Positions 38,901 to 51,830 of a DNA stretch of 64,000 nucleotides are shown here, one piece after another. Origin of the DNA: Lama glama (lineage: Eukaryota). The notes under the pieces were generated by a model. It was not told the origin of the DNA, made no database searches, and saw nothing but the letters and a program-made list of their open reading frames with translations. Where the stretch lies: contig CM052817.1 of assembly GCA_028534125.1 (NCBI GenBank), forward strand, positions 93,002,001 to 93,066,000. The letters are read 5' to 3'. Every line of letters starts with the position of its first letter. The stretch's first letter is position 1. Both the position numbers and the translations under genes were made by a program.

Positions 38901-40361
38901 CATATGTAGGTAGCTGTGAGCAACAACAAAATAAATCTTATTAACAATGACCTAAATATATTCCTTTATTTGGACTGAAAGTTTGAGGGTAGGTTCAATG
39001 GGTCAAAATGTCATGACCAAGGTCTCTGTGTATTTCTTGACCTTGCCTGCCTGATCCCAAGGTAGCTGCAATAGCACCAGCCCTATATCTACATTCCAAT
39101 CAGAATAAAGAAGAGTGAAGAAAATCAAGAAGCAGCAATATTTAATGAAAGAAAACAAAGAATTTCCTAGAAAAATCTAGATTACTGATCTTTCATTGGT
39201 GAGAATTCTGACACATGGACATCCTTACTAGAAGGAGTTCTGCCAAGGTGCTTGCTACATTTTCTAGCCTCTGTAGTTTAAACACTGAAGGAAATTCAGT
39301 TGGTGTTGGTATTGAGTGAATTACTCAATACATTTACCATTCTTTCTTCCCCATATATATATTATATGAAATGTCTTCACTCCTTTCTCCAAGGAAGATA
39401 ACTTCAAAATTACATCCAAATCTTCATTCATTCATTTAAAATTATTTATTAAGAATTTATGGAATTCCACAAACTGGTCCATGGCTTTTGAACACATCGG
39501 TAAAGAGTTGGCGATCTCTGCTCTCATGGAGACTTTATGTAAACCTCTCTAGTTTGTTATAAGATCCCTAGATCACATTTAGTCCTTTCCTCTCCACTGG
39601 GTCACTGTGTGGCTTCTTGTGGCCTTTTATAAACTAAAGGACATGTTGTTTTCCCTTAGCCTACCCGACATACTATGTGAAGAAGGAAAGGCATAACTTC
39701 AATAAACATGCCCCTTTAGTGAAAGTGGCCAGCTTTCACTTGACTATTATTCAGCAGTTTGATACTTTTATGATTTTCCATCAAATATGATTATTCTTTC
39801 TTTTCTCTCTGGAAACTTGTAAGTGACTCTCTTTGTTTTTAAAGTTCTGAAGTTTCATGCCAAATGAAAAGTGTTTTTTTGAAATCCATTGTGCTCATCC
39901 GCTCATAGAACTTCTCTATCTAAAAGCAAAGGTTTTATTTTTCAGTTGAAAAACACATCTCTGGATGTTTTGGTATAATTCTCTTTCCTCTGCTTTTTAT
40001 TTCTAGAACTCTTACTAATCAGATGTAGGGTTTCATGGGTAGATCCTCTAAATATATTCTTTTATTCTCTTTTTCTTGCTGTCTAATGTGGTGATTCTAT
40101 CACATTTAACTCCTACAATTATATTTTTAATTTCCAAATGACATTTTAGATTTTGGAATGTTCTACATTATAGATTTCTACTCTTTTTCCCTATGTACAA
40201 TATTAATTATAGATTTAAAAATTTTTCTTTTACTTCCTGCATTGCCCATATTCTTACTAGGTTTTTTGATAAGTTTGTTCATTTTACTGCCATTTTTATT
40301 AGAGATCCTCTGCAGCTTCCTTTGATCTGTGGCCAGCTCACATTTAAGAGGTACACAAAAA

Positions 40362-40648
40362 GTTAATTGGGTACAAGCAACCAAAGGAAAAATAGATAAA
40401 TTGGACTTTACCGACATTAGAACTTTTATGCTTCAAAGGACACTATCAAGAAAGTGAAAAAATAATCCATAGATTGAGAGAAAATATATACCTGCTAAGG
40501 CTCTAATATCCAGGCTACCTAAAGAATTATTAGAACTGAACAATAAAAAGACAAGTTGCCTAATTTTTAAAAAATGGGCAAGGAATTTGAACATCTGTAT
40601 ATACAAATGACCAATAAGCACCTGAAAAGATGCTCAGCATCTTTAGCT
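40362..40648 (+). mobile_element. L1 ORF2 fragment cut by the gap
   Basis: 'aaaatagataaattggacttt', 'aaaatgggcaaggaatttgaaca', 'gaaaagatgctcagcatc'. Confidence 0.85.
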
Positions 40649-41148
40649 NNNNNNNNNNNNNNNNNNNNNNNNNNNNNNNNNNNNNNNNNNNNNNNNNNNN
40701 NNNNNNNNNNNNNNNNNNNNNNNNNNNNNNNNNNNNNNNNNNNNNNNNNNNNNNNNNNNNNNNNNNNNNNNNNNNNNNNNNNNNNNNNNNNNNNNNNNNN
40801 NNNNNNNNNNNNNNNNNNNNNNNNNNNNNNNNNNNNNNNNNNNNNNNNNNNNNNNNNNNNNNNNNNNNNNNNNNNNNNNNNNNNNNNNNNNNNNNNNNNN
40901 NNNNNNNNNNNNNNNNNNNNNNNNNNNNNNNNNNNNNNNNNNNNNNNNNNNNNNNNNNNNNNNNNNNNNNNNNNNNNNNNNNNNNNNNNNNNNNNNNNNN
41001 NNNNNNNNNNNNNNNNNNNNNNNNNNNNNNNNNNNNNNNNNNNNNNNNNNNNNNNNNNNNNNNNNNNNNNNNNNNNNNNNNNNNNNNNNNNNNNNNNNNN
41101 NNNNNNNNNNNNNNNNNNNNNNNNNNNNNNNNNNNNNNNNNNNNNNNN
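40649..41148. other. Assembly gap, 500 N
   Basis: Run of 500 N. Confidence 0.99.
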
Positions 41149-41355
41149 TGCAGGATGGGTCAGAGAGATGCTGGCTTGGAAGGTCCTGTTAGGGGGCCAT
41201 GAGTCAAAGAATGTGGGTGTCTTTTAAACCCTTTAGAAACTGGAGCAGGCAAAAGATGGATTATCCCCTAGAGCCTTCAGAAAGGAATAAATTTGTGTTG
41301 TTTCAGTCACTAAATTTGTGGTAATTGATTACAACAGCAATGGAAAACTAATACA
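41149..41355 (+). mobile_element. MaLR LTR 3' half (MLT1C/D-like)
   Basis: 'gggggccatgagtcaaagaatgtggg', 'aataaatttgtgttgtttcagtcactaaatttgtggtaa...ggaaaactaataca'. Confidence 0.8.
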
Positions 41356-43353
41356 TCGTCATCACAGGCAGTTTAGAAGGTATAGTGTTTAACTTTCCAT
41401 GTTTGATCAGAAATCTTTCCCTTTACATTTCACGTTGCTGAAATTAGTTTACCATACTCTAAATCTTCTCTCTGGCTTGCAATTTCTTTCAGTCTATCTT
41501 TTCTATCATGTTTATTTTTTTTAGCCGTTTAATAGGGAATTCTAAGAGTCACCTCGTGTGGATCAATACAGACTAACCCCTGGTTTCAGTTCTGATTGGT
41601 TTTTGTGCCATAGCAGTCATTAAATATTTTCATTATTACACCTGGCTATAAACCACAACAACCCTTTTTCTACTGTGGAATTTAACTTAGAAGACTCTTT
41701 ATTCAAAGAATGTTTTACTTTTCTCTTCACCCAACACCCTCTCCCCTCTTTCCCTCCTATACTTTGCATAAAACATATACTGGGTTTTGTAGCCATTGAG
41801 GTCTGCTGGGTGAATTTCTAGGATGCCCTTTTTCAAAGATTAGGGAATCCAAGTAATGCTTTTCTCACTGACTATAAGCTTCCTTGAAAATCATAACAGA
41901 AACTTCATAAAATTGACACCTCTAAACTTGGAAACTTAGCACTCTTCCAGCAATTTTGCAGCAGGATTCTCCGTTAAAAAATGATTTTAATTTGCCTCTA
42001 TCCACATCAACATAAAATTTCGGTAGCTTAGAATCAGTATGATTTCTTTAGCATGCTATGTCCCTGGTATTATGAATCTGTTTCATAAATATGCAGTTTG
42101 AAACAACAGAAACCAAACAATAACAATAGAAATCAAAAGCAATCATAGTCTTAGATTCTAAGCCTTTCTGAATTCTAAAGCTGAACCGATACAGGGTCAT
42201 CTTCTCAGATGTACCCCCGACCAAGAAAAACAAATACTTCAAAAACCAGGTCATATGTCTCCAGTGTTCATGTCTAATCCAGGCTCTGGAGTTGCATCCT
42301 CAAACTTGATTCCACTTTGAACCTTAGCTGAGCTACAGATAAACTTGAGCTTTTAATAAATCATTCTTGATTTAGTCACAACACAATACTCAAATTTTCT
42401 CTTCTGCTTTAGAAATTATAGTTTACAAATCCTTGAATATTATTTAATTTTGCAATATTCTCCCTTTTTTCCCCAAATGCCACATAATTGAATTACAGTG
42501 TAAGTTATTTTGAAACTTAAGAAATTTATTATTATTTTCATTATTTGAATGCACAATTATTTTGATGCTAGAGCAGCTTTTGGGAAATAAACCATTCTTA
42601 GCATAAAATCTATTAACCCAAATCCTCCTAATCCAGCACGTTGAATAAAATCTACTAATAAAGCCACATTTTAAATGTTGCTTACGTGTAGAGAGAAGAT
42701 GACATCTCAAAATTATTGCTGGGATATTTAAATTTTATGGGAAAATTCAAGGAGGCCCAGAGATTCCTGACAGGCATATTAAAATATCCAAGAATTTTCA
42801 AGAGCTGATTTCTTAAAGAAGTCTGAGATGAACCAGTTGGCTTCCAACAGTGTCAGTTTTCTGTAACCGCTTTACTCCCCTCCATGGAGCTGATAAGGCA
42901 GGTTGGAGCAGCAAGTCTCTTTCCACCCTGGCGAGGACACATGCACTGTGATGACCCTGTGCCTCTTTCTAGAATCTCATTTGGAGCTTCTGAAAATACA
43001 CCTCTCTAAATATGTTAAGTCCAGAGGAGTTCAGACATCTGTCTTTAAAAGCTTCTTGTGATTCTGATGCATAGGAGAGAACCACTTTTTTAACAGCGGT
43101 GGCACCAAAGCTGGAGGAGAAGGATAAAGAATCCTCAGCAAGTCTGTCGAGAGCCTACCAGGAACTCCCCTATTTGGACGTTGATCAGATCTGAATTTTT
43201 CATTACAATTGGTACTTACTATAATGAGCATGTTCTATTTCTCAAACAGAAGCGAGCACATGCATTAAGACCTGTGTTTTAATTCCTAAAAAAAAAAAAA
43301 AAATAGAATCACCTGCATTTCAAATTCAAGTAGCTTGCTTTGTCTAGCCTTTT

Positions 43354-43746
43354 TATTTTTATTTTATTTTATTTTTTTGAGCTGTGAGAATTTAGAGTTT
43401 TTTCTTCCAGTGTTATTGAGATATCATTGACACACAGCACTGTGTAAGTTTAAGGTGTACAGCAGGATGATTTATATTACATTATGTTACATACGTTATA
43501 AAATGACTACCACATAAATGTAGTGAATATCTCGTATAGATACAAAAGAAAAGAGAAAATATATTTTTCCTTGTGGTAAGCACTCTTAAGATTTACTGTC
43601 TTAACAACTTCTATATAAAACATACAGCAGTGTTAATTATGTTTATCATGTTGTACGTTATATCCCCAGTGCTTGTTTATCTAATAACTGGAAGTTGGTG
43701 CCTTTTGACTGCCTTCATCTAATTCCTTCTTCCTCCATCCTCCACA
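43354..43746 (-). mobile_element. 5'-truncated L1 3' end with 13-bp TSD
   Basis: (TTTTA)n tail and antisense L1MA-type 3'UTR; TSD tgtc(t/c)agcctttt at 43341-43353 and 43747-43759. Confidence 0.8.
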
Positions 43747-44069
43747 TGTCCAGCCTTTTCAAATTTTATTTTTGAAATCAGTTTGGATCTTAGATTATTT
43801 TGACTATATTTTGTTTTCCTAATGATGTTTCTCAATTTTATTCAGAAATAAGATGCCCACGTGGATAGAATTTTATTAGTGAGTGCTTATGAGTGCATCC
43901 TTGAAGGTAAAGTTGAGAACTTTTCACCTTGCCAAGTGGAAGTTGTGTATCTAATGATTAAGTGCTGAGCCTGTAAGGCAGTGTCTTGGGCCTGTATCCT
44001 GGGTGGAGCTGTGTGAGCCTGAGGAAGGAACTTTTCTAAACCTCAGTTTCCCCTTCTGTAAAAGAGAAA

Positions 44070-44530
44070 TGTCTTGCCTTGAGTGTTCCCAGCAGCTGAC
44101 TCTGTGATGGGAGTTTGAGTGCAAGTACTTTATTTAAAAAGTGGAGGAAAATAAGTAGGAATGAGTAAAAGTGAGACAGAGGGGAGAAGGTAGCCAACAA
44201 AATGTGTGTTTTGAGGCCATTAACATGTGAGCCTTGGAGCTGAAACCCACTGGGGAAATTTTGGAAGTCAGTGCAGTTACTGGACAAGGTTGGGGGTAGT
44301 GGATGGAGGGTGGGGAAGATACCAACTCATGTCAGACTTTGGAAGAAGGCTGCTCTCTACAGGGTGTTAATTCCAGCCTCCTTGCCTACCACATAAGCTA
44401 GTACCTTGGGCTTTGGCAGTCAGAGAAAGCCCTTGGGTAAAGGTTGAAGAAATGCAGTTGCTGGAGATTGGAAGTTGGACAGTGTGCACTGAAGCAGGAA
44501 GGAGGAGGGAATATGGGTGGGACAGCATCA
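44070..44530 (-). mobile_element. ERVL-class LTR (LTR16/33/41-like) inserted in a MIR spanning ~43945-44620
   Basis: 'tgtcttgcc...gtttgagtgcaagtactttattt' is an antisense ERVL LTR 3' end; MIR core 'cctcagtttccccttctgtaaaa' on the left and MIR 3' part on the right. Confidence 0.55.
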
Positions 44531-47004
44531 GCCCTTATTTCACAGGGAAATAGTTCATTGGGAAAATTGAATGAAGTGATGCATATCAAACACGTACAGC
44601 ATAGTGAATACTCACTGTGTCGGTCCCTCAACCTCAGACTGTCTATAAAGGTTTACCTACTAATTTTCTTAAATATCGAGTGGCTGCTTTCTTATAATCA
44701 TCAACCTTAACTTGGATATTTTTGTAGCAATGCAATAAATGAATGATTATTTGAAACACAGTCTTTAAAAACCAAACAATAAAACAATTTCCATAGTTAT
44801 AATCTATTCCTGGTAGCATATTAAGGTGACAAGGAAGTCGTGAAAATCACTACGTTTTCCCTCTTTTATGTACTCTCCAAGACCTGTTTAAGAAAATAAA
44901 AAATAAAAAATTAAAAATGTTGTGTTCTTGCTACTGTCATACAGCAAAGTCAATATAGCAGCCAAAGAATAAGCTGTGTTCCATTCTGTCTCATCCATCA
45001 GCCAGATCTGCCCCCTGAGTTCAGACATGCTGTTATTTGAGATAGTTGATGATATATGCGTCTACAGAATATAGCTGGACTCCCAGTTACAACTCAGTTG
45101 ATGGCAAATCATAGTTTGCTTTGTACAGAGAGGTAAAATTTTCCAAAAGATATTGATAGGAAATGCAGAGCAGCAAGATGCGATTTTAACTGTCCGTTCT
45201 GGGCTATCGAGAGCTTCAGAAGACATCGTTTGATCTGCTGTTGCATGACAAACCTCTAAAAGAGAAAGGAACAGTCTTTCTTTCAGTTCATTGGTAAGAC
45301 ATTTAACTTCCTAAAGGCCAAGCTGTTAGATACCGTGGATTTTTACAGCATGGTTATCTCCATTATTGATTGGCAGGAGTCTTGCTTTACATGCCCAAAG
45401 TATGAAAGAAGTTTATCTGGTCCACATACAAGTTAAGTGAAGGTTTCAACAAAGCTTTAAGTTAAGAAAGTTTCTGCTGTCATCATCTGTTCCCTGGACC
45501 TAAGCAGTGACAGTGACTTGGAAAGTTTTCGGATCTCTGCTTCATTTTGCCCTGGGAGCAGAGTTTCCTAAGGCTCATTGGTAGGGATGGAGCTAAATTT
45601 CTCTAGTCCTGGTGAGAAGTTCTCCTCCTCCATATTTCAATCTTCCTTGCCTCTTTACTAAACCTTTTCCAAAGAAAATCGGTGATGATATTAGATATCT
45701 CTTTGGCGTAAGTGCATACCCGTCCACGTTTTCATGAAAAATGAAGAACCGAATACATGGAATTAGATTCTTTGGTTCCTGTTTTTCTTCTTGGGAAGGC
45801 AAATAAATGCACCAAAGTGAAAACAGCCAAATCCATGTCATATCGTGCAAACAATTTCACCATGAGAGCAGATAGCTCTTAGTGTAAAGTCTGGTTTAAA
45901 ATGCTCAAAAGATTGTGGTAAAGCTAATAGATGTTACACTGAAGTCCTATGAATCCTGAATAGGATTAAAATATTTAAGAAAGCCCAGGAAAGTATTTGG
46001 AGAATTATGTTCTGTGTTCCTGAGATGAGCATAGGTAAAGGAAAAGTGTTTCATTAACAAAGGTAACGTGTACACATTTGATGATACGATGAGGAAGATA
46101 CCACTTGATTGTATTAAGCAGATGTTCTAAAGAAGGTGTTGCTCTGCTACTTAAAAGAGACAAAACGTACAAATTAAATATGCAGTTTGCTTTTTATGAA
46201 TATAACTAACCACTAAGATCAGATTTGAACATCCAAAGACAAATCCCCTGAGTACTGAACTTAACCTCTGGCTAATGCACTATGCATACTTGTCCTTGTC
46301 CATCTTGACTCTAGAATCTCAGTTTCTTTCCCCTCATCTCATTTACCTGCACAGTAAATAAATACCTGGAGTGCTTCCCTGATGTAGGATGTGTTAGGGG
46401 TTGTATGTATAAAGAGCATCAACAAACACACTTGTGCTCTTTGATCTGTGAATTTTTAAACAAGGAAGTAATGTAATCAACTTTGTTTCTCTACTATAAC
46501 TCGCATGACCACATACACTGTGGATGATGGTTGGGACTGAAAGGACGTGAGAAGGGGTTCCTGAAATTCAGAGATGAGATTATCAGCTCAAATACAAGTC
46601 ATATAAGTGAAAAGAGATTAGGATGGATAGATTGGTGAATGATCCTACATTTTTAAAGAGAAAGATGGCATTTTTGCTTCCATTTCTCTAGAACAAACAA
46701 AAAAATTACACATAGCAAAGACACTAAAATGTTCTTTTGTGGAAACTTCAGAGGGAAAAATAAAAGGGCACCATAGTCATTTCTTAGTCCTTCTTGAGTC
46801 ATGCTGGGATCTAATAACATTATTTATGAGGTCAATATATGTGGTAGAGCACCAACTAATTATATGATTATCCTTGAGAATAGTTTTGCTGATTATAATT
46901 AATGTAACTTAGTGCCTTATGGTTTACAATGTGCTTTAGGATATATTTTCTCATCTGATGTCTCCTTGGTGTCCACATAAATATGCCAACTTCTCTCCCA
47001 TGTT

Positions 47005-47345
47005 GTGTGTTTGTTCAAGCCGTTCCTTTTGCCAGGAATGCTTCGACTGTACTCTTTCCCTGCTTACCTTGCTTAGCCTGAAAGTCTTGGCTTAACTGTC
47101 ACTTGCTCCTCCAATCTCAGTTGTGTCCTTCTATATACCCTACCATAATACAGAGGAGAATACTTTTCCTTCAAAACACTTACTACTACTTGTAATTATG
47201 TACTAATATGTCTGATTCTGTTGTTAACGGCCTTCTTCTCTACTCCGTGAGATTCTTGAGGGGAATGTTTTGTGCCCTGTTGTATCACCAGCCCAACCAA
47301 AATGTCTGGCATATAGTAAAAGATAAATAAATACAGTTTTAATAA
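47005..47345 (+). mobile_element. L2 3' end
   Basis: 'ttcctttgccaggaatgc', 'tgttgtatcaccagccc...tctggcatatagta'. Confidence 0.6.
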
Positions 47346-47599
47346 TGTAGAAAAATGATAAATGCTAAAATTCCTCTTTGTGTATGGAAGACATCAATTC
47401 TTTCACTGTGTTGAACTTCTGTTCCTCTCAGTGTTTTTTTTTAAGCACCATTGTTATTAACACCATACTATATTGCAATTTTTCTGAGTCCACTAGAACA
47501 TGAATCCCTTGAGAAAGTTTAATCATGTCCAATTCATCCTTGCACTCCATCTTTTTAGTTCAGGGCATAAAATAGAGTAGGTACACAGTTTGCTGACTG

Positions 47600-50500
47600 A
47601 ATGAGTCGGTGAGACCCAGAAGGAAATTGCACACCCAGACTTAAAGTGAAGGAGGCTCACCTGCTTATAGTAAAGTGTTGGCTTGAGGGGCATCTCTTTT
47701 AACACACATCTGGGAGCCCACTGGAACAGTCCCCAGCGAAGGGACTAGTGGGTACCGCCATCGAACTTTCCTCTCCCCTGCTCCAGGCACTAGTATTTCT
47801 CACAAGGGAGCTTTTACATGCACCTACTGTCCTGCTCTTTGTGGTTGCAGCCCAAGGGACACTTCCTGACTGCCTGACTCTGGAGGTCAGGGCTGATGGT
47901 GTTCTTTGTCCCATGGGACTGCAATAACCGTCTCACCCAGAATTGAGGTCATATTCCTGGTTTTGCAGCTACATCCCAGGGGACTGCATCACCTTACTCT
48001 GGCAGCCAGTGGGGCTTATGCTCGTGGGTCCCATAGAACTATACCCAACGGAGAAAAAGTTCTTAAACAGCTGCCATCCCGAGGGCACAGGAAGAGGCAA
48101 CAGACACAGGAGATCACTTTTTCAGCGAGGGAAGCCTTTTAGCTAATTTTCATGGCTGCAGCCTGAGGGGCAGTCTTCTAATTAAACACGTGCCTAAGGC
48201 TGACTGTAATTCTTTCCAGAGAGAGACCTTGAAGGGTGGGTGCTATCTTTGTGGTCACTCTCTGCCACACTCCTATCTCCTGGAGGGGGGCTTTGATCAC
48301 CTGACTCTGGTGACCAGGGGGCCTTGGGTCCCTGGGTCCCACGGGGCTGTGGCAGTCAGAAAGATGGTTCATGGCAGGCTGCCAGCCCCCAGGGCACTGT
48401 GCAGAGCAGTACAAGGCATGCCCCACAGTCTTTCTGCGAAGGAAGCCTCTTCTCTTGCCTTAGAGCTTCATTTTGAGCAGTAGGCTTCAGGTTTGGCTCA
48501 CGTCTACGGGACCGTGGAGCTGTTTGTATGCAATGTAGGCTGGGGATGACATCTTGCTTTTCTCCCTCTGCCTTGCACCAGGACGCCCATATCTCCCACA
48601 AAAGAGCTTTTACATTCATCTATCATTCCAGTTTTTGCAACTGTTGGACCGTTGAACCTGAACACTTCCAGATTGCCTCGCTCCGATGGCCAGTGGGGCT
48701 TACACTTGCAGTCCCACAGGACTGATATATTTGCATACACTTAGAAGCTGCTGCCTGAAGGTCTAGCTTCCAAACAGTGTGAATCTAGGTGCTGAGATCC
48801 TCGCCTTTGGGATGCTGACAAGTCTTGGCACATCCTCAACTATTGGGAGCTATTAGAGATAGAATAGCCTGTTTGCATAAGCATAGAAGTTTGGGAGAAG
48901 ACAGAGGTGCGGCAGGACTGAATACAAGGTTTATTTCCTGCAAGAGACCATTCCTTCAAGACTGGGAGAAGTGGTTGTTTCATGTACTGTATAGAAACCA
49001 ATACAGAAAGTCAAGGAAACCTACAAAACAGAAATATGTTCAAATTCAAAGAATAATATAAAACCTTAATGAAGCAAAGATAAGTAATTTACCTGCTAAA
49101 GAGTTCAAAGTAATGCTTATAAAGAGGTTCACTGAGTTGGTGGGGAGAAGAATGGATGAACACAGTGAGAATTTCAACAGAGATGGAAAATATTAGAAAG
49201 TACTAAATGGAAGTCACAGAGCTGAAGAATGTAAAATACCCTAGAACTGAAAAATACCCTAGAGGGGTTCAATAGCAGACTAGATGAAACAGAAGAAAGG
49301 ATCAGCCAAACACAAGGTGGTAGAAATCAATCAGAGCAGTAAAAAGAAAAGAAAAGAAAAGAAAGGTCAAGAGAGCATAAGGGGTTTATGGGCCAATATC
49401 AGAGTGACTAATATTTGCATTGTAGGGGTCCTAGAGGAGAAGGGAGGAAGAGAGGGGAATACATCTTGTTTGAAGACATTTCCCTAACCTGGGGAAAGAA
49501 ACAGAAAACCAGATCTAGGGAGCTCAGAGAGTTTCAAAAAGAAGAACTCAAAGAGACCCACACCAAAACACATTATAATCAAAATGTCAAATGTTAAAGA
49601 CAAAGAGAGAATATTAAAAGAAGTGAGAAAAACAACTTGTTACATACAAGGGAATCCCCGTAAGAGTATCAGCAGAAACTTCGCAGGCCAGAAGGGAGTC
49701 CAATATATTCAAAGTGTTGAAAGGAAAAAAAAAAACAAAAAAAACCTTCGAACCAAGAATATTCTACCCAGCAAGTTATCATTCAGAATTGAAGGAGAGA
49801 GAAATCATTTTCCAGATAAGCAAAAGCTAAAGGAGTTTATCACCACTAAACTGACCATACCTGAAATGTTAAAGGGACTATTTTAAGCTTAAAAGAAAAA
49901 AAGCTAATTGGTAACAAGAAAACATGAAAGAATGTATCTCACTGGAAAAGTAACTATATGGACAATGTAGTGGATTACTCACTTAGGAAGCTAGTATGAA
50001 GGTTAAAAGACAGAAGTAGTAAAAAAAATAACTATGATGACAATAATTAATTAAGGGATGCACAAGATAAAAAGATAAAGAATGTAATATCAAAAACATA
50101 AAACATGCTGGGTAAAGTAAAACTGTTCTAAGAGGGACGTGGGTAAATAAATGTCTACCTCAAAAGACAAGAAAAGTCTCAAATAAACAACTTAACTTTA
50201 CACCTCAAGAGACTAGGAAAAGAAGGACATGTGAAGCCCTGTGTTAGTGGAAGGAAGGAAATTTAAAAAGATTAGAGCAGAAATAAATGAAATAGAGCCT
50301 AAAAAGACAATAAAGAAGATCGATGAAGCTAAGAGTGAGTCCTTCGAAAAGATAAAGAAAATTGACAAGTCTTTTAGTTGGATTAAGAAAAAAGAAGACT
50401 CAAGTAAATAAAAATCAGAAATGAAAGAGAATATATTACAACCAATAACACATAAATACAAAAGATCAGAAGAGACAACTATGAAGAATCATATGCCAAC

Positions 50501-50650
50501 AAATTGGACAACCTAGAAGACATGGATAAATTCCTAGAAACATACAACTATTAAGACTTTATTTTGATGAAATGGAAAGTCTGAATAGACTGACTTGTTT
50601 TTTGGGAGGATTTTGATTACTGATTCAATCCACTTACTAGTAATAGATTT
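47600..50650 (+). mobile_element. Old L1 (L1M2/M3-like): probable GC-richer 5'UTR, decayed ORF1, internally deleted ORF2 5' part
   Basis: 49584-49886 encodes the ORF1p C-terminus ('KDKERILK', 'KLSFRIEGE..FPDKQKLKEFITTK..EMLKG'); ORF2 motifs at 50130-50590; 5'UTR assignment of 47600-49000 rests on position and recalled motifs. Confidence 0.75.
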
Positions 50651-50651
50651 C

Positions 50652-50778
50652 CCTCTGGGGACATTTGTCAATACCGGGGACATTCTTGGTTGTCACAATT
50701 GGGGAAGGGCTACTAGCATCAAGTAGATAAAAGCTAGGGATGTTGCTATCCAGCCCCAAATGTCAACAGTGCTAAGGT
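50652..50778. mobile_element. MER20 fragment with internal deletion
   Basis: 'ggggacatttgtcaata...gacattcttggttgtcacaattgggg...gccccaaatgtcaacagtgctaagg'. Confidence 0.75.
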
Positions 50779-51029
50779 TTTAAGGTAATTCAAGCTAACT
50801 TAATTTCACATATATATGTTGGACTACTATTATATGCAGGACATTGATAACACAGCAGTAACAAAAGTGATATGGTTGCTATCCATAAGGAATAATGATA
50901 TTTGTAATACCTGAATCTTATATAATGAGTGCTTTATAAATTAGTAAAAAATCATAAAATCGTATTAATTAGAGGAGAAAAATGAGCTTTAAAAATATGC
51001 TTTCTCTTTGATCTTTTAATTTCACTTAT

Positions 51030-51455
51030 AAAAAATTTGAAGGGAATAATAAGAAATTTGCACAGATTTGTGTACAATATGTTTTAATGAATTGTTATTT
51101 ATAGTAGTGGAAATTTAGAAACAATTGTACAAAAAGAAGGTAAAATAAAATGTGAACATTTAGTTGGTGGTCTGTTATGAAGCTTTAAATATTCACATTA
51201 TTGAAAAATTCTGATATGAAAAAATGTTCATTTTGTAAAGCTAAATGAAAAACACATGACAAATCTCTAAGTACTGCATGATCCTAATTTTTAAAAACAT
51301 ATATGGGGGAAAGACTAGCAGGAAATACACCAAAATGAGTTCTGAGTGGCTTTCTTTATGGTGTATTGTGAGCAATTTTAATTTTTTTCTTTACAGTCCA
51401 GGTACATTCTAAATAATTTTAAATGAACACATACTCTTTTTATAATTAGAAAAAA
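51030..51455 (+). mobile_element. L1ME-like 3' end, decayed
   Basis: 'aaagactagcaggaaatacaccaaaatg', 'tactctttttataattagaaaaaa'. Confidence 0.6.
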
Positions 51456-51624
51456 AGGCATGCTATATTGAGTACTACGTGCAATCCCCTAAATTAGTAT
51501 AGAAGAAACGGAGATACGATTTTTCTACCCTTAAGAGCTTATATATAAAATTAGAGAAATAAATGATACGTATGTGGGAAGTTTATAAATAATAATATAT
51601 ATAAAGGTTAAAAAAATTAAGAAA

Positions 51625-51830
51625 AACTTATTTTGAGTACCTGCTAGTCTGGCACTGTGCTGGGTGCATTCACCAACATTACTACATTTCTTGGTACCAG
51701 TAGTCCTGTGTGGCTCATATTATTATCTCCTTCTTAGTGAAAAGGAATTTGAGGTTCATTGAGATTATCTTGTCCCAGGTCACCCACAGATATGAAGAAG
51801 TAGTTTGAAAATTCAACCCCAGGCTTGATT
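51625..51830 (-). mobile_element. MIR SINE
   Basis: 'ttgagtacctgc...ggcactgtgctgggtgc...tgaggttca...cttgtcccaggtcac'. Confidence 0.65.

Noticed and set aside
40574..41227. 190-217 aa ORFs in the track
   Set aside because: Artefacts of translating through Ns
45275..45300. Plus-strand 7-nt microexon 'tctttctttcag|TTCATTG|gtaaga'
   Set aside because: Not a multiple of 3, no host gene identified, and such motifs occur by chance
49584..49886. 100-aa ORF as a domesticated L1 ORF1 (L1TD1-like) gene
   Set aside because: The frame drifts in and out of ORF1p homology and upstream ORF1 is disrupted; an ordinary decayed copy
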